Below, one piece after another: positions 37,990-49,197 of a DNA stretch of 64,000 nucleotides. The notes beneath the pieces are model-generated. The model did no database searches and was not told the origin of the DNA. It saw only the letters and a list, made by a program, of their open reading frames with translations. The stretch's first letter is position 1. Each line of letters opens with the position of its first letter. The translations under genes and the position numbers were made by a program. Source of the stretch: Chara braunii (taxonomy: Eukaryota; Plantae; Charophyceae); the NCBI GenBank assembly GCA_003427395.1, contig BFEA01000017.1:58791-122790 (forward strand). The letters are read 5' to 3'.

Positions 37990-40380
37990 GGGTGATGGGT
38001 ATATGTCGAAAGAAGTTGGTGTGTAGGGGCGCAAACACTTCACCTTTGAGACATCAGGCGGGGGGGCATAAGACAAGTGAGTTTGCTTTCGATACCTAGA
38101 GAGAGGCGTGGGAGGAGAAGGTCAGCCAGTTGACGGTGACGTGTACAAGCGGGGGGGATTGGAAGGTACTGAAGCGATGCTATGGTTTTTCGGTGGTAGA
38201 ATTGAGATTTGATTTAGAAACACACAATCAAGGAAGAGCAGAGGGTGGTTGTGGGATGGGTTCATGTTGGGACTTTCAAAGCTGTTGTCCATTCTTGCTC
38301 ATCTCTGGCTGTCGTGAAACCAGTTGTAGGCTTGTAGCAGGATTCCCGGAAGAACCGAACTCTCGAGGAATTCTCATGTCGTGGGATTTGGGTAGACCTG
38401 TGCACATGTATCCTGCGATTAGAAGCTTGTCAGGAAAAACGGACACTCTGTAGTCTACAGTGCGTCCTATCTAATATCATAAGAACTATTAAGAAGTAGA
38501 TTCAAAGTCAATATCAAAATGAGCATTGTTCTACGAATCACGTATGATGAGAGGCTGAGTAAGAATGGAATTAGGAAAGTATGTAGGGAGTTGGTCAGTA
38601 CGTCGGACATCTTGTTGAGTTGGAGGGATATGCTGATCAGGCGCATGAGGGTGGTCTGGACTACGAATTGGACGATAGGGGATATTGTCTACAATTTTCG
38701 AACTGCACCTAGACAGGAGACAGGTGGCGAACAGTTGGATTAAAGGTTTGGGAGAGTAGGGTCACTCACGCATCTTCTTTTGAGCCTCACGATCAGATTT
38801 TATCCCAGAGTTTGTGAAGAATGCTAGGAATATCCCTTGCCCCACGCATAGTGCCTACTGGAGGGAACTGGTTCATGCCGTCTGCGCGACAGTGCGTGTC
38901 ATTTTTTCCAAGTTTAGTCATTGCCAATGGTGACAAGGGATATGATAAGCACTGATAAGATCGACCGGCCCAGAGTACGTTAGATGGAGGTAGGACGGGA
39001 GACTTCGATAGCGACGGTGTTTTGGAGTGGAGGTGTAGGTTCGGAGGGTTGGTCAGAGGCCCTATTGATCACAACCCAGGAGATTCACGGATCTGTTGTC
39101 CAGTTTTTTTTTTTTTTTTTTTTGGGACGATGCTCCAGTCTGTTCGTGGGGAGCAACATGGCTGGGAACTGGGACGGAAGGAATGAGCAAATTGACAAAT
39201 TGTTTCTCAGTAATCTGGGTTTCAGCACTGTGGGGAAGGAGAGGCAGAAGTGAAATGGTTATGCAGAAAAGGGGTTCTATTCCACTGGCTGGGAAAGTGG
39301 AATGACTCTGGGAAGTTGGGTCGCACCGTTCCGAAGCACGAAGATGTGAGCAATTGGCGGCCAACATGCCCTCCATATATGAAATGTGGAGTGTCGGCTA
39401 GTGAGAAAGGTGGCACAGGCCATCAACCAGATGCTGTGGGATTTGCCGATTGGGTCGAAATTCAACTTGAAAATTATGGGCCAACCTGGCTGATACACTA
39501 AAAGGCATCAACAAAATGCTGAAAAGGAATGACGAGGGATTTCTGAGATTGGCGAACGACATGAAGCAGATGTTGTGTAACTTACCACACAAAGCGACCC
39601 TGAAGGTGGTCTGCTGGGTATTGGATTTTTGGTTGATGAAGGCATTGAAGGGTAGTAAGGGGGTGTTGATTAAGAGCAAAGGTGCAAAAATCAGGTATGG
39701 TAAAGAACAGCCTGGTTGCAGTGGTTGGAGAGCCATTTTGTTTGAGCTCGTTATCGAGTTCATATGCTTCGAGTTGGAAAGCACGTACGTACTGGCCTGT
39801 GGACAAATGTTGAAGCAATGAGTGGGGATCCCTATGGGTAAGGCATCAAGGCCCAGCCTTGCATGTCTTCGTTGTGCATACAACGACTTCGTTTTTCTCT
39901 CTTCTTTGGGCAGAGATCGTTGCCTTCTGAATGTTGTGTTCATGGTCGATGACGTGTCAGTCCTCGTACATTGCAAGAAAGACAATGCCATATTCAAGAG
40001 GAAAACAGAGAAGGTCATAGTATAATTCAAGGATTGTTATGATTGCCATCTCACGCTGCACGCTGCAGCATACTAGTAGTGAGCTTTCTGAATGGAGTGT
40101 GCATGGTCGATGACGTGTCAGTCCTAGTACGTTGCAAGAAAGACAATGTGATATNCAAGAGGAAAACAGAGAAGGTCATAGTANANTTCAAGGATTGTTA
40201 TGATTGCCATCTCACGCTGCACGCTGCAGCATACTAGTAGTGAGGATTCAAGGATTGTTGGGACTTCTTGGGCTGTCTGTTGAAGGCATTCGATAGGCTC
40301 TGGGGGGTGAGATGCGTTGTAATTCACAAGAATTAGCGGTATTTCCAGGATAAGGCACTCAAATTCCAAAATTTTAATAT
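37990..40380 (+). mobile_element. Degenerate Penelope-like retroelement (RT core)
   Basis: PKHEDVSNWRPTCP (~39330); motif A DMKQMLCNLPH (~39558); B' KQ*VGIPMGKASRPSLACL (~39815); C MVDD (39942); E WDFLG (~40260). The linker-like motif VVWTTNWTIGDIVYN lies upstream of RT (~38650). Boundaries approximate. Confidence 0.8.
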
Positions 40381-41439
40381 TTTAAGATGTCAGCTCTTAC
40401 TGTCGTATGCAAAATCGGGTCGGAGTGGGTGGTATGCCTGACAGTGTCGGGTTTCCTAGTCAAGAGGTAGCAGAGGCACAGGGAGTTATGTTTGAGGATT
40501 GCGCAGGGGGTCTGACAAGATCGGGTGAAGAGAGGAGCTTTGTCGGGGGGACGGCCTGGGGTGTGGGGTTCTTTTGTTGTGTTTTTTTTGGTCTCGTGTT
40601 TTTAGTTTTGTAACTTTCGTTTCGATTCGTCCTTTAGTTGCACTTGGTTTTCAGACTTTTTCTTTTATTCTTTCATCCCTTGTACGTTTTCGCTCTTGCT
40701 TTTCTTTGCATGATTTTCATAGACACCGACAATTCCCGAGACGCATGGAAAGGGGTAGAGGAGACGTGTGAGGATTTGCAGGGATGTGCGGATGTCTTCA
40801 GATGTTCTCCTTCTATTTTGTCTACTGAGCATGGGCTGATCTGCGTTGAAGCCTTGAACTGGGGTTGGTACCTCTTCAGGACTCGTTTCCTTTTTTTTTT
40901 CCTTTCTTTTTTTTTTTCCTTTCTTTTTTTTTTTCATGTTGCTTAATAATTACTCAATTGGCCTTTGGTCGAGTTCGGGATGATCCTGTCTTTATCTTTC
41001 CCTGTCAAAGTCTTATGTCTCTTCTTTTCCTTCTCCTCCTATCTCTTCCTCTCATCTCCGTCTTGTTCTTCCTTTTCACGCTCCTCCTCTCTTTTCTCCC
41101 TCTCACTCCCCCTTCTCTATATGAGTGGTTTTTCTGTTTGAGAAGATGCACTGCGATGTTGCTTAATGATTGCTCAGTTGCCCTTTGGTCGCGTTTGGGA
41201 TGGTCGTGTCTTTATCTTTCCCTCTCTAAGTCTCTGTCTCTTCTTTCCCTTCTCTTCCTATCTCTTCCTCTCATCTCTGCCCTGCTCCTCCTTTTCTCGC
41301 TCTTCCTCTCTTTATCCCTCTCTCTCTCCCTTCTCTATTATGAGTGGTTTGTCTGTTTGAGAAGATACACTGCAACAGCTCATGTTATTCAAACCGGGGA
41401 CACCTTCTCGAGCAGACCGCTGGTTGGGTTGATGAGAAA

Positions 41440-41574
41440 AATGAGTTGAGGAGCAGGGGTTGCCCATGAAAAGTGGCCACCGCTGCAGACCAGACTGGAC
41501 TGGTTCAGGTGTGGGCTGCTGAGGCACCGAATCCAATTCTTGTAGTTGTAGTTTCTGCATGGAATGATGTGTCA

Positions 41575-41580
<6 letters not shown>
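41440..41580 (-). pseudogene. RING-like family copy R6 (short fragment)
   Basis: Same-strand similarity to 23590-23720. Confidence 0.5.
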
Positions 41581-41665
<85 letters not shown>

Positions 41666-41716
41666 CGTCAGCTAGCATGGAATGACGTGGCGCACACACC
41701 ACACATACACACACAC
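41575..41716. repeat. (CA)n microsatellite, interrupted
   Basis: Direct observation. Confidence 0.95.
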
Positions 41717-41779
<63 letters not shown>

Positions 41780-41788
41780 GCTAGCTTC
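41717..41788 (-). pseudogene. rrn23: ~70-bp fragment of 23S (LSU) rRNA, plastid/cyanobacterial-like (probable NUPT)
   Basis: The - strand reads GAAGCTAGCAACCGAAGCCCCGGTGAACGGCGGCCGTAACTATAACGGTCCTAAGGTAGCGAAATTCCTTGT. This is the conserved helix 69 region and includes the I-CeuI site. Confidence 0.92.
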
Positions 41789-41964
41789 ACCATAATAGGA
41801 GTTACCTGTAACATACTAACAAATGTACTGTGTCTCGTATTCTTTTTGCTGTTGGGATGACCCATCTTGAGTGTGTTGCATTGCTTGTGTAAAGGTGAGA
41901 TTCCTTGTCTGATTAAAGGTAAGGTTCTGAATGGATATCGACTTCACAAGCAAAACTGTCTCAT

Positions 41965-42470
41965 TGGTGGATTGGCTCATCTCGAGCATGCCTCATTGTC
42001 TGCAATATAGGTAAAGTTGCTATGACTTTGGATCTACTCATCTGGGCGGAGTAGAGGAAGTTGTGGTGATAATTTGTAACACACCGTGACACATGTACGT
42101 CAGCTAGCATGTGGTTCACATGCCTTTTGCCGTGAGGATTATGAAGGGACAGCCCAGGCGAGCTTTTGTCTTCATATGTATGATGACAGTCGACACTGCA
42201 CTCGTGTACGGCACCCTGACATGTCATGTCCAATTTGTATACAGGGGCTGGAACGGCAATGCCTCTACAACTGCGGTCGATGTGCCTCTCTGTTCCTAGC
42301 ATGTGGGAGCCACGTAGCCTGTGACATTTGTCTACGCCGTGCCATTCGATGCAGTAACTGCGACTGCGAGGATTGGATGCGGTGCTTCCACAGGCCAGTG
42401 GCCACACCCAAACCGGTCCTGCCCAGTCTGTAGAGGTGGCCACTTACCATACGCAACGACTGCTCCTCAT
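41965..42470 (+). pseudogene. RING-like family copy R7 (best-preserved reading frame, 42086-42433)
   Basis: LACGSHAFC...CPIC...CLYNCGRC...LACGSHVACDIC...CSNCDC: two LACGSH motifs 64 aa apart. 41965-42055 matches 22920-23010 inverted. Confidence 0.7.
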
Positions 42471-45400
42471 GGTCGGTAGGTACTAGGAGTTTGTTCACCC
42501 AAAAAAGGAAAAAAAAAGGGTCAAGGACTCGAGGGTCACAATGAATTAGCATCCCCGCAGCTGCAAGCATATCAAGAAGGGGCGCTGGAGAATATCAGAG
42601 TTGCCCTCCTGGCGAGCCGTCAGCGATGCAGACGTACAGGGGAACAGGAGGACCTAGCCTTCTGGGCAAGATGGGGCCTGTATCCGCAAGTGCTTAGCGG
42701 GGACCCTCAGACGAGCCACATGCAGTTTGCCTCCGTCTTGATGCACCATGTGCCTCGACCAGCAATGGAGGTGGAATCAGACTAGAGACCTCAACCGATC
42801 TGTACCATAGTTGGGATGGACAGGTAGGACTGATAGCCTGAGGTCGATGGACGCACTATGTATGTTAGGGAAGTTGAAGAGTTGGGCAGCCAGAGGAAAA
42901 GGGGTAGGCCGTGCTGGAGAGGGAGGTATGAACAGCGGGGACCTTTAGAGGGGGGGGTTCATCATCGAAAACATGAAAACTTAAAACAACAATGCTGAGG
43001 GGCTTGGGAATAGTTAAAGAAGGGAATTATGGAAGATGCTGGGGCCAGCGACACCCTCAATACGGGGTACAGTCACGGTGAACTGTATATAACGTAGGCC
43101 GAAGGACCATGGATAGCACACATGGGGATAAAGCCAAGACCTTGGTAAATGTTGGAGGTAGGCAAGACAGAATGATACCAGAAATAGGCCAGCAGGTAGA
43201 TAAATTGAGGAGTGAACTCAGTGAAGGCATACATGCCAAAAACCTGGGAAACCAAGATCCCAGGAAAGAAATAAATTGTGACGACTGGGGGACATGCGGC
43301 CTGAGGGACTGCCCGGAACCCCTTCGCCCGCCCCGCCCTTCTGGAGATAGCCGTTCTGCGTGCATGGGTGCTGCTAGTAAGCCTCCCGACCTGCAAGACA
43401 ATCCCGGAAGAAGGGTCATGGGTTGGGGGTGTGGGGCTCGGCAGCAGGGCCCCCTTGTTTAGGCGCCTCGTGCCACAAGGGCAAGGCTTACTCTCTTGCC
43501 CTGTCTATCTCCCTCACTGCTTGTTAAAACACATGTTTGCCGGTGATAAGTAACTGGACTGATGCACCCCAGAATAGAAGGGGCTGTGTTGTTTCGAGGG
43601 AAAAAATAAAATAAAAATAGTAATTACCCTGTGCCTACAGAGCCAAAAGTAGACACCAGGAAGATCAACAGTCAGCCCCAATACGGGCATAGTAGCCAGA
43701 GAGTCAAAGATTTCTCATGAGTCGACCACGGCTACAGATCACGGACAATCCAAAGGTTCAGTGCAGTTTCCAGAAGCTTTCAAGAACCGCAGGGTCCATG
43801 CATGCACTGGCGACGACAAAATCTTGACTGTTCAAACTGGGAAATCTCGGCCGGCCGAGGAGGCAAGTGAGGCAGGCCAGGCCGAGTCAGCACTATAAAT
43901 CTGGACCTGCCCCAAGGCATACAGAGAGGTTCAACAGACACTGCATTGCTAGAGCGAGAGAGAGTGGCAGCCATAGCCAGTAGTAGGTGCTGAAGCACGA
44001 TAGTTGGGAAGGGGAGCGAGCACACACAGTCATGATGAGACACCCACTCAGAACTTGATTGGTATGATGAGCGGATGCTCAGAGAAGATTACCGTTAGGA
44101 ACAGGATATCGAAGTCACACTTGAATGGTGTGAAGCAGAGTACAGCGCAAGATGTCACAGTGATGCGTGTGAACAGGGTTCATATACGTGGGACCGGCCT
44201 AATGGCTACCGTAGGCTGATCTCAGGGGTATGTGGGGAACAAGTCAGTACCAGAAGGGCACCAGCGGAGAATGTCTGAAGGATAGAAACACAAAATCTGC
44301 TGGTACCGAGGACATGTCAGAAAAACAAGTGTCCCGAACTCAGCACGAGGTCGAGGGATTGAGCCCATGGCACGTCCGTGACACTCTTACAGAGAATGCC
44401 ATGCCCATGGCACATCCGTGACAGGCGTGCAAAATATGTTATGTTCTTCAAACACATTCTTGAGGCATACGATCAGCATTTCGTGGATGGNATGGCACAT
44501 CCGTGACAGGCGTGCAAAATATGTTATGTTCTTCAAACACATTCTTGAGGCATACGATCAGCATTTCGTGGATGGAAGAGAGAATACGGAGTACAAGGAA
44601 GTGGTTTTCATGAGGAAGAGTCAGCTGCAAATAAGATGATAGTTGGTACTCTTGCTGTTTGCCTCTGCCTCTGTCCATCTGTCTCTCACAGGCTCCAAGT
44701 GTGATTAGCATGTAGGTACTCTGCCAGCTGACACAAACCCTGGTGCGGTCATTCACATCAGCCTGGCACAACAATTCTGTCTATTGTTAACCCAAGCTCT
44801 TAATCTTATGGATAGTCTCAAGCATTAACGAAACATGGCTTACCTGGGTACTGAACTGCCTCATGCCACCAAGTTGTTTCTCACAATGGAGAGACAATCA
44901 CCTACCCAGTAGCAACGAATATAATTATTATATCGGTGCATTTCATTTGCCAGGTGTTGTGGTGAAGATGTTGAAGCTTATCCCTGGCTTCTGACATTGC
45001 AATGTAGTACGGGGCTTCTTTCTCCTCTGTTTTTTCCTCTTTTGTTTTCGTCTTTCCCCCCAAGTGAGTGCCCCATCACAGTCTTCTATCCACCTGGTTC
45101 TATCGAGGACTTGAACCGGTGACCTGTTCATCAACAGCCCCATGTATGTACCATTCTCAGCCTCATGGGGCTGGGTCAGACATCTTCGACTTCTTTCTCT
45201 CCGGTCATGAATCTCGACCGTGCAGCTTTGGCTGGGGAGCATCGCTTTGGTTAACATTCCACCTCCATGGTCCAGAAGCAACCAAGGAAAAGGGGGCAGC
45301 AAAAAGTGCACAACAAGCCTCAGAAACAGAGCCCCGTCCTCGATGCAGACTCATTGCAGAGGTCCCCTTGCCCAAGGCAACAAAGTGACAATAATAGTGA

Positions 45401-46769
45401 CAGAAAAATGAACCATTCGTCCTCAATGCAGAGGGCCCCTTGCCCAAGGCAACAAAGTGACAATAACAGTGAAAGAAAATGAACCATCAAAAGATTCGGA
45501 ACCCATGAATTGCAGAGCCTATGTAGCAACAACTGCACCACATATTACTCAGGCATCCTCTCTCCTGCTCCTCTACTGGCCTTTGGAGACGTTGCTGGAG
45601 CCGCTTCTTAACTCCATTGGATTTTGCTGGCTCTGTCATCTCTTTGTTGTCCCAACTCCTCCTTGTCGCAAAGTTTCTGGTGTGTAGCTGCAGTCTGTGT
45701 TCTTCTACCAGTCTGCGCGGAATTTCCCTCCAAATGTGAATAAGAGTCATTCGGTAAGGAGTAGGGGGCCGTGAATCGCTCAGCGAGGCGTTTGCTGGTC
45801 GTCGCCTATGGCCCGTCTTCGGGGTCCACTCCTACCCAGAATAGGCCTAACATGTTGGTTTGACTGTGGATGGGAGTTATGGCTCTGATACTGTCCAATG
45901 CTAGTTTGTACCATGCCAGTATGCGTTCGGTTAGCAGCTTAATGTTCCACTTGATCTGAAAAGAGCTTTAGTTTCCTGCTTCGGGTCGCTGCTTCCTAAA
46001 CCCCCATTACATCACCTTCTTGTTTTATAATGCCGGGCTATCTTGGGTATGTATTTAGTTTTGTTAGCGTCGCCTGACCGGAGGTATGCCCTGACTCTGC
46101 GGTTCAATTCCTTGGTCGTGTGATCAGGTATGGTCCAGATAGAGGCAACATACCACATCATGGAGGAGATTGATGTGTTTATGGTCAGGGCCCTTCCTAA
46201 CAATGAGGTAAATGTATTCCCCCATCTTCCCATTCTGTTGATTTCATTAGTTAGCAAGTTTTGTGCCATTTCAGGTCCGGGCCCATCCTTAGTTACCAAA
46301 ATTCCCAGTTATCTCGTCCACTCTTCCGGTTTTCCCAAGTCATGTCTGCTTCGAGGCCTCCCAGCCTGGGTGTTTTTCCTCTGCAAGCCACCAACCTACT
46401 GTTTTTTCCAAGTGATTTTCATTTCAGAGGCCAGCCTGAAAGCTTCCATTGCCCTGACAAGCGCTTTCACAGAAGAATCCGGTGCTCTTATTAAGGACCG
46501 TGAGATCATCAGCAAACATTATGATTGTTGGAAATTGAATGTAGTGAGCGGTGCCGTCATTGAGCTCTAACAATCTTTGTATTGCGAGGTCTTTTTGTAA
46601 GAAGGAAGCAATGGCTTCCATTACAAATACGAAGATCAACAGAGGTAGGGGATACCCCTATCGCATTGATCTTGAAATCGGGTAGGAATCAAACAAAAGA
46701 CCATTGACCGGAACGCCTTTTGATGCATCGTTATAGAGAACTACCCATTTTCTGAAGTTGGGTCCAACG

Positions 46770-47702
46770 CAGTGCTGTAAACCCGGTAGGACTGGGGGCC
46801 CCTTCCCCAACCGGAACTGGACCAGTCCTACCGGGCCTGTTCCCCCCCGGTTGGCTGTAGGGCATCATTTTTGTTTATTTATCTTTTTCATTTTTTTTTT
46901 TAAGCCCAGGGTGTTGTAGAGGCCAAGGACTAGATCCACGGTGATCGCTGGCAGCTGCAGCCGGTGGATGTCCTGACAGGGTAGGCCACCTTCCTTACCC
47001 CTCCCCGCGTTAATACTCCCTGTGCACCCCCTATCCTTACTATCCTACCTCAGTGTGACCAGCACTCAGGACCATAACCCTACCAGTATCGAGGGCAACT
47101 TGGACCAAACAGCAGTGAGAAGTGTTGTAGCGCATCTAATCTGGGGGTTTGTACCATTTATGTTTTGGGCCAGGAGGCCTCCACGCAGGCCGTGGAGGTC
47201 TCCTGGCCCGAAAAAAAAATCAGATCGGGTTCGGTAGGCCCACCAAAAAGGCTTGAAAAGGGTGTCCTATCTGGACCACTGATCTCGAGAGATCGGCAGC
47301 CCAGATAGGCTGCCCTTTTCAAAGTTTTTGGGTGGGAAGCACCGTCCCTACCCGGCCACTAACACCCGCATCCCTCTTTTTAAAGTTTCTGGGCGGAAGG
47401 TCAACGTTTGCAGAAAGCCAGGTACGTTGTTGTCAATGTCCGCTGAAGCCCAAGCTTGCCGAAACCTAATACCCCCACCATAAACCCCCGAACCCCCAAC
47501 CACCAAACCTTAAATAACCCCCCTTCCTCCTCCCCGCCCCAACCAACCCCGCAAACCGAACTTCTTTGTTCAAAGTTTTCTTTGCGGTTTCGGGGAGATC
47601 TCGGCGAGCGCAGTCCAACCATGTTTTCTTTGACCTGCTTTTGGGCCCATCCGGAATCCGGATTGGACCACCGGGCGTCCAACCGGCCGGTTGCCAGCAC
47701 AG
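46770..47702. mobile_element. hAT-like MITE inserted in LINE-B RT domain
   Basis: Splits KKMG | VGPNFRKW. Imperfect TIRs CAGTGCTG.. / ..CAGCACAG. CCGG subterminal motifs. No clean TSD. Confidence 0.6.
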
Positions 47703-48507
47703 TCGTGGTCCATGCCCATTTTTTTAATGCTTCCGTTGAGGAAAACCCAATTGACTTGATCATAGGCTTTCTCGAAATCAAAGAACAAGATTGCTGTATT
47801 TAGTCTTTTTTCTCTGACTGTTCTGGCTGCCTTGTTTAAGGTTAGAACTAAGAACAATATCTGGAATGTATCTTCCTGGAATAAAGCCAACCGGTGGCCA
47901 GAACAATGTATCTTCGTGGTCTATGTGAAAGCATTTGTCCATGAAGCCTAGAAGATCCGGTGGCCAGGGCTTTAGCGAAGACATTGTAGGGGACGGTGAG
48001 CAGGGAGATGGGTCTGTAATTCCGGATGTCTTCCCGATCCCCCTTCTTGTATCATAACGTCACGACACTGCTGCTCAGCAGCTCACCTAATCCTCCCCTT
48101 GACTAACTGTCATGGTAGAAACACAAAAGATCGCTCCCTATCATGGGCTAGAAGTTCTTCCAGAAGTGCGTGATCAGGCTGTTAATGCCTTGGGTCTTAT
48201 CATTGTTCATATTGTGAACCGCAACCAGCAATTCCACTAAGGTAATTGGTCTGTTGAGTACATTTGCCTGATTCTAGGAGATAGTCCTGTTTAGGAATTG
48301 GAGCATTTTTTATCTAGGCTCCCTTACGGAAGTGGGAGAGTAGGTTTTGGTCTGATACAATTCTTGGTAGAACTCCTTGACTATTTTCAGCATCCCTTCG
48401 CTGCATGTTCTCGTGGATCTCGTGGAGTGGGAGAGTAGGTTTTGGTCTGATACAATTCTTGGTAGAACTCCTTGACTATTTTCAGCATCCCTTCGCTGCA
48501 TGTTCTC

Positions 48508-49197
48508 CTGGACTGGTCGTCAGCCATGGTTGCCCTGAGAAGACGAGGTTACCTCTCATCCCATCTCCGCGTCAATACTCCTAGCGCACCCCTTGTCCCT
48601 ACTATCCTACCTCAGTGTTACCAGCACTCAGGACCATTACCCTAACTTGGACCGGACAGCAGTGACAGAAACCAGTGTTAGCCATGAGCCAACCCTGGTG
48701 GAAGCTGAGTCGAACCAACCTTGTTGTACGGGAACTTTGGACGCCAGGCTCAAGCAACTTCCTCTTAACCCCGAAGTGTAATGAGAGGGTCTGCCTGATA
48801 AGCAGTCACAAAACCCAGGATGAGGCAAGCTGGCGCTCACGGACACATCCTACCGTCCTACCTCTAGCTTGCCCAAGGATAGGTGGAACTCAGACTAGCC
48901 GAAGTGACTTACATCCCTACTCTACCCCTGGAGTCTAAGCCGGTCGTTGAACCACACCAACCAGTGACTCACATCCTCTACTCACCCAAACACAGTCTAG
49001 CTGATTTACGGCAGGGCACTTATCATCGAAATGCCTATCACCATCATTAGTTGATCCTAGAGTAGACCCCCTATTACGAGACCACCCTCAGACCAACCAG
49101 TAACTCACGTCCTCTACTCGCCCTCACAGAGTCAAGCTGATTTACAGTGGGGTACTTATCATCGGAACGCCTATCATCATCATCAGTCGATCCAAGA
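48508..49197. mobile_element. Unclassified insertion Z in LINE-B with terminal ~135-bp tandem duplication
   Basis: Interrupts ORF2 between SSIKGLT and EGMLKIVKEFYQELY. 48955-49063 is similar to 49092-49197. 48560-48667 is also present at ~47000-47118. Confidence 0.6.

Noticed and set aside
39940-40243. Duplicated MVDD segment of the PLE
   Set aside because: The second copy is near-identical and contains Ns; probable assembly artefact.
41717-41788. Functional rRNA gene
   Set aside because: Only ~70 nt, and the flanks are not rDNA.
42560-43620. 3' end of a fourth LINE with an A-rich tail
   Set aside because: No diagnostic motif recoverable by eye.
44407-44576. 85-bp tandem duplication
   Set aside because: Identical copies separated by a single N; assembly artefact.
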